From Iphione sp. A-MEVVRFRX5 (Eukaryota), in contig OZ320314.1 in the NCBI GenBank assembly GCA_976226885.1, positions 60,326,001 through 60,390,000 on the forward strand: a DNA stretch of 64,000 nt, read 5' to 3'. The stretch's first letter is position 1. Every line of letters begins with the position of its first letter. The position numbers were made by a program, and so were the translations under genes. Shown piece after piece: positions 14,202-26,610 of this stretch. The notes beneath the pieces were generated by a model. The model made no database searches and was not told the origin of the DNA. It worked only from the letters and a program-made list of their open reading frames with translations.

Positions 14202-15002
14202 GGCCCAGTTTCCTTGCCAGCATTGAGCTTTGTGAGGCTGCATGAGCCGTCCCTATGTGACAGCATGCATTTTTGTTTTCCCTCAGCTTCAAACAGCCTC
14301 ATGGATAGGGGTGTCTTTGAGGGACAGTGTGTGAGTGACAAGAAAAAGGATGAAAAAGGATTAATCTGATGCTAAAAGCTGTGAAAAAAGGCGAAAATCA
14401 CAAGCAAAAAGATATAAGAGGATCAATTCGATGCTAAAAGCTATGGAAATGGTGAAAATCACCTGGAAAAGGTCAGGGAAAGGACAGATATGTGCACAAA
14501 TGTGCGTAAGGCGGTGTTCACATACATCCTCATTTGGACACGGGTGCGGATATTTCTCCAACCCTCCTCTACTATTGTAAGCATTCATATATGCACAGAC
14601 TTTTCTGCATATGGACACGGGTGTGGATCTCAAACCGTCTGGGATGGGTTTCGTCCGGATACGTGTCCGGATTCCCATGACACAATGGTTAAGAAACAGC
14701 TGCAGACCATATGGAGGTAATTAAACTAAGAAAACTGCAGGGGGGTTGTCCACACCCATGTCCGGGGACGGATTTTTTGTCCGGTTGTATGTGAACAGGC
14801 CCTGATTGTGCATAATTCAGCTTGGAAAGTGAGGAAATAGCACTGCATTGCCATCCATGTGCCTGTATGTCTGGCAAATTATAGAGCAGTGACCAATAAT
14901 GAGCACATGCAGGTAAGGGACACCTCACACTGATAACCATTGATTCAGTAAAAATGAACACAAATCGCACACGGACATAAACACAGGTACGGAAACTGGG
15001 CC
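14202..15002. mobile_element. PIF/Harbinger-type MITE
   Basis: Perfect 12-bp TIR GGCCCAGTTTCC / GGAAACTGGGCC with TAA target-site duplication (14199-14201, 15003-15005); no coding capacity. Confidence 0.75.
14510..14802. mobile_element. Nested Harbinger-like MITE inside 14202-15002
   Basis: Imperfect 16-bp TIR GGCGGTGTTCACATAC vs GGGCCTGTTCACATAC (3 mismatches); flanks TAA/TGA (imperfect TSD). Confidence 0.45.
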
Positions 15003-18000
15003 TAAGGCAGTCAAGGGTACTTGATCACAAACAACCTTATTGAGGACCACCAAATAACATTGTTAATCTGAGGCTGTCGACAAAACCTTCCCCGCCTACG
15101 ATGACATAACGATGCCCTGATGACATAACGTATGCGGCAGTGGACGGTCTATGAGGCCCAGGGTCCTCGGGTGCACCCTGTGCACCTGCTCAGCGAGAAA
15201 ACGGAGGATATGGGAATCATGGTCCCATAGGAAAACTTTTGTTGTGCAGTTTTCCCCAAAAGATCCCACTTAGGGAAGATTTCCATTTGCATGTGTGACA
15301 AACGTGGAGACCGGTTACTTTACCAGCTTGTTGTTACCTATTTGCACTCCTTACTTAGTCATATTTCTCATCTCTCTAAGATACCAACGTCCCATTTATT
15401 TCACCCAAGAGACCGCGCTCATATATATGATTATTCCTTGCCCCAGATCAATGGTTAAACCTTTCATTATAGCCTGGGTCCCATAGTAAGAACAGAACAC
15501 TGACAACCCGAGGTTCTGTTTAGTGACTTCATCGGCGATAACAAAAGAAAGCGTCCCAATGACCGCACAGAAAAAGTAGGCTACAGACAAGGAAGTCCGT
15601 GTGATTTACCAAGGAAAGACCCATGATCCCATGTGAATTACACGTGTGTATATTTGTTATAAAGGACACGTCGACGGTTGGTAGTCACTTCGTCGACTCC
15701 TCGTGGTCTCGCCGTTAACGATCATCCGGAGACTCAGAATGCAGTTGTTTGCTCGTCATCCGAATGATGTTTAAAGGAAGAAATCTTAATTTTTCTCTAG
15801 TTTAGTGTTAATTGGGACTTGTTTTTTCCTCATCTGGATGAATTTCCCCAGAAACAGAGCTTCACCAGATAACGAGGTCTGACTACATTTATCAAAGATA
15901 TTGAGGAGCTGGAAGTTTTGAGTCTTCAAAGTTCATGTAGTGAGGTCTGACTGTGTTGCACAGTGGAACCTCTCTACTGCAACCACAGGAGGACCCCTAA
16001 CCATTGTGTCCACACTTAGGCAAAATGTAGTATTAAGGCAGTAAAAATAGATTCTGTGCCCACAATAAGGGTTGTCCGTCATGTCCAGTTGCCAGTGTTG
16101 CCCATTAGCAGAGGCTCCACTGTATATGTATGTATGACAGTTTTTTTCCATGTTCCTGTTTTCATACTTTTAGATGCATAAACCCAACATGTAGGACAGA
16201 CCAGGAAAAAGTTTGGAACAGGTACATACCCATGTATGCATACGTAATGATAATTGAAGCGTAACCATTTCGGCTATCCGAATTTCTCTCTCGGGCTAGC
16301 TTATTTATATCAAATGTCCTTCTCTTTTACCTAGACTTTTACATGATTCCTTCCTTCCATGAGAAGAGTCAATATTTTCCATCAGAATTGCTTTCATCGG
16401 ATGAGTCAGATGAGGCATCTGAACTACTCTTCCTCTTGTCGTTCAGGGTAGATTTCTCATAACCATTCAGTGTTCCAGAAATCGAAGTGTCTGATAACCT
16501 GGCACCATTACCATAGGAAATATCACAACCATCTCCTCTGACTCCATATGTGACTCATAACCCTCCAAATCAGTTCCTTGAGAAAAATCTTTCGAAATAA
16601 TACCATTTTCCTCTGAAATCATGGTGCATTTGTTACCAAATGAGGGTAAATGCCTTTGAGCAGTTCTTCTCCAAACCAGTTTGCGCCAGCAACAGAGAAT
16701 ATCAAGCAACAATCACCACAGTGTGGTGAACACGTCTTCACGTCTCAAATGTGTTTTGAATGAATACAACATCAATTGAAATATAATGGCATGGCAACAT
16801 CGCCATGTTTGAATACATCACCATGGAATTAACCAGTCGTATGCTTTGCTATCTATACAAATATGTCATATATTGCATGTGTATATGCATGCATTATCTT
16901 TCTGAAGTAAAGTAGTTCTCCACGTACCTGTTTTTCACACTTTCAGATGCATAAACGCAGCATGCAGGAGAGGTCAAGACAAAGTTTGGAACAAGTACCC
17001 ACATATGTGTGCATACGTAATGATTATAGGTATCCGAATTTGATGGATTTTCTCGCATACATACATATGAACACAGTAGATATGAACAACCCCCCAGGAA
17101 GATCTGGATATCTGGATGTCATTAAAGGCAAGGAGCTTCATCCAAAATAGACAAACTCGCAATGCTTCCCGCGCCGTACCTACGGGTATATGGAAAAACC
17201 ACCTCAGTCATATATATGCCTGTCGCTTACTTGTTGCTCTTGTGGATAACATATTTGCCTGTCGAATTAGACAAACTGATTTGCTTCTCTGACAAACCTT
17301 TCGTCAGTTTCAGCATGACAAGAACATTCTGAAAAATTGAATAACGGACGTTAGAAGACCAGGTCTTTGGATAATGATGATAATGATAATTACACAATGA
17401 GTTCTTCCAGTGAGCATGGAATTCTCATTGGATGTTTTGAGGCACGGAGAGTCGGTTGACCTTTACAGCTTTGAAATAGGAGTGTAAGACAAAGTAGTTT
17501 GCCATCTACTGACAGTGTATGGCATGGACAGCGATAGATGTTATAAATCGATGTTGTGATCCATGAAGTGATTATGCACTGAGGGAGGAGATTGAGTGGA
17601 AATCGAAGAAGTCCAGTTTGTGTTTAAAGCACTAAAGTTATCTGATAAAAGAAGCAGCAACATTCAATGAGTAAATCATATAGAGTCTATATTTTGTCCG
17701 CAGGGAAAGTACAATATACATGTACATGTATGCGGAAATCCCACAGAGACACGCCTCTTCGAGGTCCACAGATTGTGTGAAACAGAATTCTGCTGAGCAT
17801 AATAAAGTTCTACAGTTAGGCACATAACACATACGTAAACCAGGATGTCTGTCAGTATAATAAAGAAATATTCTCCGTACAGTTCATATCTACGCCACTA
17901 CCATTCACAAGAACACGATACATTTCGCAATCAAATTACGCATGTATCGTAGTTCCTAGCATCAGGTTCAAAAATAGAGGAACAGGAGTGTGGTTTCACA

Positions 18001-21000
18001 ACAAGTGGAAACAGCCTGTTTACCAGGTGGTATCCTGACCCTGGGACACAAGAGTGGGCCAAGCGGAGCTCCAGCAGTCGCTGAATAGATCGACAACACA
18101 CTTCTTCACACTATATCCCCTGTCGCCACACCGACGGACAGACAGGCAGGCAGATAGACACACACACTCACTCACTCAATCACTCACTCTATCACTCACA
18201 CTCTTCAATACTCTCCGTCTGTCTGCCCGTCTCTCCCCCCCCCCTCAGACGGCACTTATACTCACGTTTGATAGCCGCCCTCCACGCACGTGTCGATACA
18301 TCCAGGCCCGCGCCACTTGGCGCTCACCCCTACCCCACCTCCACACCCACCCACCCACCCCCCGGCCCCGTGCGCACGATGCGATATGGCTAGCGTCGGT
18401 CTGATCCCCACTGGCCACAGGGCCACGGGACGACGTCCGTGCCCGACGCCTGTTCGCAGCTGGCAGCTCGATCTATGTAGTGCGGGGCTGAGTCGGATTG
18501 GGGTGGTGTGGGGGTGGGGGTGGGGGTGGGGGTCTCGTGAATAGACGGGATGGAGTGGGAGAAAAACACCTACTGGACATTACGTGTGCACGTGTATTGT
18601 ACATGTGACTCGATCTCGGCTTTACCAGAATGGAACAGGCACTAATAGCCTTCGGTATTTCAGTATTTACTTCTGAGTTACTTTCTTGCGATGCCTGATA
18701 TTATAACTGATATGCATATTAATACAAATTGTGAAAGAATTGTCGCAGCATATGTAATTGTAATGGTTCAGCAATATTATAGAGTGACCTTCGGTAAATA
18801 ACGTAGTTAAGATTACTCTTGAAAGACATGACTTGACTTCCTAATATACCCACAATGACTCAAGTTTTCTTCCATCCTATGAATCGGATTAGTAGTTGAG
18901 TAGTCTTTACACCCTGCTCAATGCTTGGCATATTGATCCTTTGCAACTTGTGAAAAATTTACATCTGTATGAGGTCAGGGACCGACTTAGTCCCTGACTA
19001 TTTTCACGTTTATGATATCACGTAGGACCCTTTTCCTGTCTTGTTTGAAGGTCGGTATCAAGAACCTCCCACGTGCACTGTGCAGTGCGTTGTAGATCGC
19101 TTATGCATGTAGCTGTTTAAAAGAGACGTTCCATTGCTATCAGATGTTGCAAACAGTTCCCAATATTGCATCATGAGCTCCAACACCCAGACGTCGACGT
19201 CGATAATGTACTTATACTTTATCAATGTTTGCCTGGGAGAGTTTCCACATGTTAGAGCGTTTGTGAGAGGCAGATCATGGATTAAGAAGGTTTATATTCA
19301 GCTGGTCAGGTGGACTGGTAGCTTCAGTTGCCAATCGAAGTACAACGGTCATCGTTCTAGAAGGCGGTAGATCTGGGAACTGTTGTTATACGCGTGCCAG
19401 CGGGGAGTCCCACCAAAATGTCTGAATTATTATAGAATGTGATCTGGAAAGACAGATACATGTGTACTGTAGTTCATAGTTACTAGATGGCGCCGCCTGA
19501 CAAGGCCAAGGAATTTACTTTACTATCAAAATACAGCAAACCTGTATTCGGTCTCAATAAGCAAGGCGTGAAAGAGCGAAACGATTCTCGGAAAGAAATG
19601 TACTACTTTAGAGGTGAAGCTGTGTACGCAGTTTTTTCTTCTTCTTCAGTGCGTGTGGCGTCTGCTAGTTGTCCTGTTTCCTCGGACTTACCTCATTAGC
19701 AGATGTCCGCATTCAGCAACAGCTGACGTGACAACTTGCGGCCAACAAACCTCTAGCAATCACCCGGTTCAAAAAGTTCTGCCATTTAGATCAGTTATCA
19801 GGAACATGGTATTTAGCGAATCAATGGAACTCCGTTCAGCTTTCGTTGAGGATATAGATGTAGTTTATTTTTGATCTCAAGGACAGCGTGTGGCAATCTT
19901 GGTTCCCGTCGAAAAAAAGTTTCCATGTGAAGTATCCATTACGTCATCTCCAGTTTTTTAGTCAAGAATCTGGCCATATTTTTTTCAAAAATAAGAATTC
20001 TGTGCATCTCATATGGAATAAGTGTCTCTCAACAAGCACTATGGGTCGATTTCTGTTTCTTCTCGATAGTGTCTGATCCTGAAAAGGACCGTGGGAAACG
20101 CGTCACGTGGTTCCATTTCGCGGCGTCTTATGTCGTCGCAGCAAAATATATGTAGCCAAATATCATCTTAAAGCGAACTACTCAGTACCTCTCAGCGCTG
20201 TCATAGTTTGTCATACATCTGACTGTGAGGTGGGTATTTTCAGGTATAATGATAAGCAGTGAATGCCACGCAAGGCAGGTCTTTGATAGAGGGAATACAA
20301 ATATAGCAGCACATGAAGTGCCAAGCATCTGTGCTATGTGTAAATAGATGTACATGTGTTGGATGAAATTATACACTAAAAGATAATAAAGACATTCAGT
20401 GAATAATAATTTTAACCAAGACGTTTTCGATATGTTATCACCAAGCGATCATACCAAAGATGTAAAGAGTGGACACTTCCAAATTAAACAGGAACCTTCC
20501 ATTTGACGTGACTCTCCCATCACCAGAAGTGGGAGCTACACTAGGCCTGTTGGACACCAGTCCCCACCCACCCACCCACAGAGCCCTGATAGGGCTCATT
20601 TATCGTGTGCTCCACGGAACCACACATACTGTACTAAACTGATCAGTGTCGATGCATGACACTCAGACCATAATTGAATGTACATGTATATGATTTTTAA
20701 ATAACTAGTCACCAAGGGAGTGAGAACAACTTCAGCAGTAGGCATGACAATACTATCTCAGTTGTCACAACAGCACTTTTCACCTACTGGCAACCTTTTA
20801 ACGTCGTCGCAATACAGAGATCTTCAGTACACATATGTCAGTCTTAGTCCATGTTAACAGAAGTACATGTATGTATAGCTAGCTATATTTGCAGTCAGTC
20901 GCTGTAGGATCGTTTTCAGTGAAGTTTTCATTGAAATGGACGGCAGGGACCGCTGGTCACATTAACGTGTAGCTATGATCCTAGCCCAATATACCCACAT

Positions 21001-24000
21001 ATTACACGAAACTAATAACAATTTAGGTTTGTATGTATTCATTCTAAATAATCCGTTGAAACTACACTCGCCCGCATGTATAAATACGCAGTAAATTGTA
21101 ACAACTTTATTAGTCCCAAGATGTAGAGACCCGTGCCACTTGTCTGAAGTGAAAGGGACAGCGTTGTATCTGTGCACATGAAGATTTTCTGACGTTGTCC
21201 TAAGTGACAGGATTCGGTAATACAGATTTAGCAGCTGGAAACGAAAGAAATGAATAAAATTTCCCCTAGTAGAAGACTGTGCGTAGTATGGGAATGTCCC
21301 ACATGGTCTTGCGACGTAAGCTGTCTAACTGGCCGTTATCTTGTCTGCTACCTGATATCAACATCTGTACATAAGATATCAGAGCCCGCTGTACTACATT
21401 TTACCAGCTTGGTATATTCTCATTGTGAATGTGCCCATGTGGTCCTGGCCGTCTCCTTGAAATAACCTTCACGATCAGAGCAGTCTGATTTGACCTTACC
21501 TAACCTGACTAGTTGAACCGGCGATTTCTAGCAAATATGACTGGTACCCTTATGCCGGATGGACTGAGCACCTCGTCCCGAGTCTGTAGCGGGCTTATGA
21601 GTAGCATATGACGCATTGTACAGTGTAGTCAGTTACATTTAGATATGTTTATAAGGAATATGAATAGGCACATTTTAATAAGCAAATGTAAAGTGTAAAC
21701 GTGCAGATTGATTAATGTAAGATACATGTAGCGTCATTTACTGGCATTTGCTTCGACACCTCATGTACCACAGTGCCCTGTGAGTCAGCTTCTTAAGTTT
21801 AGGGTATAAGTCTTAGGTTTGTCCATAAAGGATTCAGGGCAAGGTCCCCATTACTACGTCAGCGTGGGTGACAGTTGATGTGAGAAAGTGGTGCTGCTTA
21901 CCCCGGCTGGACTAGGCTATCATATGCTGGCCTGTTGGTTTGCTTCCTCAAGTTATCATCTGACATCAGTGGTTGTACCTTAGTTACCCAGTGTGGCACA
22001 TGTGACTTACTGGTTGCTGTGCTGATGACGTAGCCCACTGCTGGATTGGTGTATTGGTTGTGTGCAGGATTCCTTTGGCCCAGACACAATCAAGGTGTCA
22101 CCAAACTGGTAATGTACAGAAAATCACACCAGTTTGATGATGCAATTATGTGACCTTGAAATCTACATATCTGTGGTTCCCTCTGCTGTAACCAGTGAAA
22201 CTCTTGAGTGAGCAAAAGTTTATTTCTGGCTAGAAATGTACAAATTTTCAGGGATGGCAAAGGTCATGACGATTTAGTTGGCAGAGGTTAAAGCTCAATT
22301 TTCATGTACCTGTCTTTCTATGTTTATATTCATGGTTGGACAGCTGTGATATTTGCGCATTTAGAGCAACAGTAGGAGTGTACCCATGCGTACGTGAAGC
22401 CTGCAGCATGTTGCAGGTCTCAATGTAGCGTGTTTTCAGAATGGGATGTCCCATTGCACCATGACCTGTCTCGCATGTATCCGTGTTTGGAGTGCGAACT
22501 ATGGTTAACTACTGAGGTGTAAATCATGAACATGCAACAGAGATACATGCAAGGACGACCAGATGGCAGGACAATTCAGGGCCCTTCATGATGCTACACA
22601 CTACATGGGTGCATGGAAACCTGGCTTCAGACACATGTATGTTTCAGCATTGTCAGATCGTGTTTTTCAACCACTATTGCATGTATTTATATTTCTCCGC
22701 TGGCAATTGCAGGTTGCCTGCAGTCAGGAAATGAACGGGTGCCAATGAGACAGCCGACACGCCCGACAATGCTACATGATAGGAAACTGCAAACATGTTC
22801 ACTTCAGTACCAGGAAGTTACAAAGTAAAGCCATAACAGTGCACAGTGGGAGGAGCACCATTTTCTAAGTCATGGCCAGTGAGCTAGCAGCAGTTTTCTG
22901 TTGGCTCCTTGACAAATAGTGTGCATTGACCAGTCCAAGAGAATTTACAGTATTTTCTTTCTTAAGTCATTAGTCAAAAGTTAGAACAGCTAGGACAGAA
23001 TACTTGAAAGAAAAGAGTAGTTAACATATTTAGGATTGTTCTATCAAACTTTGAACAAATCATGCATAGTATTTATTAAGCTCTGAATGCTGAAAGGTGA
23101 TAGTGTTAGGTGGTCCACATACGGACCTGTCTCTGGGATGTCAATGATTCCTTCTGATTGATGTTTTTGCGTCATATCTACTGCCCAGTTGGTGGGTCTA
23201 TGTCAGACTGTCAGTGTGATCACTGTCGCCAGACAAAGCTGTGTTTATTTGTTGATCGTAAGTGATTATTTATGACTCAGGGTTAGGTCAGTTCCTGGCT
23301 AGACTGATTTGGACTGTTCAAAGTGTGCCCACAACCATGGAAATATTGGTTGTTGGTAGCGCATAGGACGTTTGAGATCAAGGCTCTAAAATTGTCTGCC
23401 TTTAGAGATTAGTGCTACACAGCTGGGTCTTTAGGTGGCTGGCAGGAGTAATTTTGACCAGGAGTTTCTTGTCAGACTAAGTGCTACGGGCCTGCACAGA
23501 CCGCCTGGATAGCACACAGATTTCCCCCGCCAGGAAGAACACCCCCCCCCCCAATAACTTCACTGCGTCTGCTGTCACCTGCCCATGGATGTCAGTGGTT
23601 AGTTGTGTACTTAGGCAGAGTTTACTTGTGTCTAATATTCATGTTGATGGATGCTGTGGTGGAATGGTGTTAAACGTTTTAGCTACTTCCCATGTATCCC
23701 TACATCATGCTAACGGCTGCGTGCATTGCACACCAGTTGGTCCAGGGTGGGTTGTAACACAAACATATGTGGGTGCAGGATGTGTGAGACATTGACTTTA
23801 ACCAATGTCAGTTCTCAACATGGTCCCCAGGATATGTTTTGTCTATTGTATTGAATATAGATACACGTGAAAAACAATCACGCATCCCGGACAGGGAAGT
23901 AAAAGGCAATCTGTTAGCATAAACATCATACACATGTAAACGGCGCTAACATACATACTTCACACCAGTTCAGGATTTCCAGGCGATCTCAACAGCATAT

Positions 24001-24434
24001 GGTGTCACCAGTACAGCTGCGAGTCAATGACTGGTTCTAAAACTCTAGCGGGGAAAGTCTGTATTATTGCTTGGATAAAGGAGCGGGAAGGGTCATCCGG
24101 CCCACAAACGGAAGTTCATTCATTCGATTAACCATAAAATAAAATGGCCGACAGTTCATCGATTCAACATTTCGGAGACTTGAAATACAAAATTCATAAT
24201 ATTTACAGATTTTAAAATAAACTCCAACGAAATGGCATACCAGTAGCTATCCGCCATAACCATTTTTATGGCAATATTTCATGTATAACCGCAAAGTGAA
24301 TTTTCGAAGCAAAAGCAGACGAAATCGTTCCTTACGAGTAAGGTGTTCAGCAATTGGTCCATATCGATCACATGACGTATTTCTGAACTATCGATTGGTT
24401 ATTGCTTTTGTCAACAAAGCAGCGTGCAGTCGAC

Positions 24435-24836
24435 ATGGGGCGCTTCGAGGTTGGAGAATATGCCAAATATAAGGGCGTCATGCATAAAATAATTCGAAAA
24501 TTCCAACCAACAGAATTTGGGTATTTCTTATACAATGCCCAGAACATATTAAATTGTGAAGTTGTCACTCTGGGAAGCAACGACATGGAAAAGCTGCGTT
24601 TCAACCCGAGACAGAATTCGAATTTGAACTGTGGGATGAAGACGGATACGAACCCAAAGAAGGAGAACAAGCTGAAATAAAAGAAAAGAATGAGGAAAAA
24701 GAAGAAACAGGACAGAAAACACCTGACGACCCCAGGTTCAAGAAGCCCACAGATGAGGAAGTCGATGAAATCAAACGAGCACGCAACGTTAAGTCTACGG
24801 ATACACAGACTAAGTGGGCAACCAAAACATTCAGAG
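24435..24836 (+). pseudogene. Crypton-like YR, exon 1 (N-terminal module + acidic linker + start of DUF3504-type region); 1-bp frameshift in the A-run at 24589-24592
   Basis: MGRFEVGEYAKYKG...NDME, then after the shift KAAFQPETEFEFELWDEDG...PRFKKPTDEEVDEIKRARNVKSTDTQTKWATKTFR; GT donor at 24837. Confidence 0.8.
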
Positions 24837-24942
24837 GTAAATATCATAAAGATGTTCATTTGACTTTAGCAATACGGATAAGTGCCATTTGAAATTCAGC
24901 AACCACAAATTCTCAAAAAAGATCAATAATTGTATTTTTCAG

Positions 24943-26213
24943 ATTGGTTAACTGCAGTGGGATACAGTCCGGCCTTTCAAGACACCCCAGTAGCAGTACT
25001 GTCAAGCCAACTGGAGCAGTTCTATGCAGCCATAAAAAATGCCGAAAACAAAGATTACAGTAAATCTGGTATGAAAAACTTAAGAGCTGGAATTCAACGG
25101 TACCTCTCATCACCTCCTGTAAACAGTTTGATTAATATTATAACTGACAAAGAGTTTAGAAACGCTAATGCTGCTTATGAGGGGAGGATAGCAAAATTAC
25201 GCCATGATGGTCAAGATGTGTCTAAACATAAGCCTCTTATTGAGGAAGAAGATGTTGAAAAGTTATATAATTGTTGTTTCACAAACACGCCAGTTGGGTT
25301 ACAAAAATGTGTTTTCTTTAATGTAGTCTTACATTTTGGGCGTCGAGGACGCGAAGGATTAAGAGAGTTGCGAAAAGACTCATTTATTGTTGAACGTGAT
25401 GCTAAGGGACAAGAATATGTCAGAATGGCTTATAATGAGACTGAAAAAACTTGAAGAGGGACAAAAGATGATGAGCAAGAACATTATAAGAGAATGTATG
25501 CAAACACAGAAAATGTTGACAGGTGCCCAGTTAATTCCTTCAAGGAATACATTACACGACTCCACCCCGATAACATTTTCTTATTTCAGCGACCCAAAAG
25601 AAATTATAATCCTACTAGTTTGCTATGGTATGATAATATGGTGGTAGGATATAACACACTGTATAATTTCATGAAAACCATGTCAAAAGAAGCAAATTGT
25701 AGCAAAATATACACCAACCATTCGATAAGGCGAACTGTCGTGACAGCACTGGACCATGCTGGTTATAGTACGAATCATATTCAGAGCGTAACAGGCCACA
25801 AAAATAGTTCCAGTCTCTTACCTTATCTTGGTGGCGCATCAAGTTCTTGCCGCAAGTCAATGTCAAATTTCTTGTCAGAATATGGCGGTAATAATGCAAA
25901 AACCTCTGAAACTGTCTCTGTGAATCCCAAAGGGGATGAATCACTTGAAACAACAGCATCCAACACTGTCATGTCGACGATGCAGGTGCAAAATGTTCAA
26001 TGTGTAACACCGTCAGCCACAACTGTCATGTCGACGGTGCAGCCGCAAAATATTGAGCTTGCACAGCAGAAAATGGTATTGTCTCAACAAAAAACGCAAG
26101 TACATGTAACTGAAATCAATGTTCGCACAGAAGACGTCTTAAAGACTATTTTCTCCGGAACGACTAATGTACAAAACTGTACTTTCAATTTCAACTTTGT
26201 GTCGAAAAACTAA
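24943..26213 (+). pseudogene. Crypton-like tyrosine recombinase (DUF3504/KCTD1-QRICH1-ZMYM-related), exon 2; one in-frame TGA at 25452-25454
   Basis: AG acceptor at 24941-24942, phase-compatible with exon 1; motifs FYAAIK..DYSKSGMKNLRAGIQRYL, FGRRGREGLR, CPV..FKEY, TNHSIRRT, TGHKN..SL.PY (R-H-R-H-Y catalytic set); ORFs 24930-25454 and 25494-26213 are in the same frame. Confidence 0.88.
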
Positions 26214-26521
26214 TTGCGCAGTACCCTCTCAAGCGCAGCTCCACGTGTTGCTGTATGCAAAATGACTGGTTGTATTAAACGGCAAAGACAATTTCTAAAG
26301 AAACGATGTTATTTCCGAATTAAATCGTATTCTATTGTCAAAAGATGATAAAACGAAATAAAAACTGTTAATAATTTGCAAAAAATTGTCTATTATGTCG
26401 TAAAAATTGTTATGACGAACCTATCAACTCTGAAAAAAACACAATGGCGGACCAACAAGATGAGAAGGATAACAGTGGTAATTATATCATATTTAGAACC
26501 GCGATTAACCTTAATTCTCGT

Positions 26522-26610
26522 GGAAAGGTCCCCTAGACCTACCCCTCGCACCTCGGGGAGTGACTTCGTCACCTCCCCTCGGTGCTCGGGATAGGTCAGG
26601 GGACCCTTCC
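26522..26610. repeat. 89-nt GC-rich imperfect palindrome downstream of the YR gene
   Basis: GGAAAGGTCCCCTAGACCTA...GTGAC-TTC-GTCAC...TAGGTCAGGGGACCCTTCC. Confidence 0.9.
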
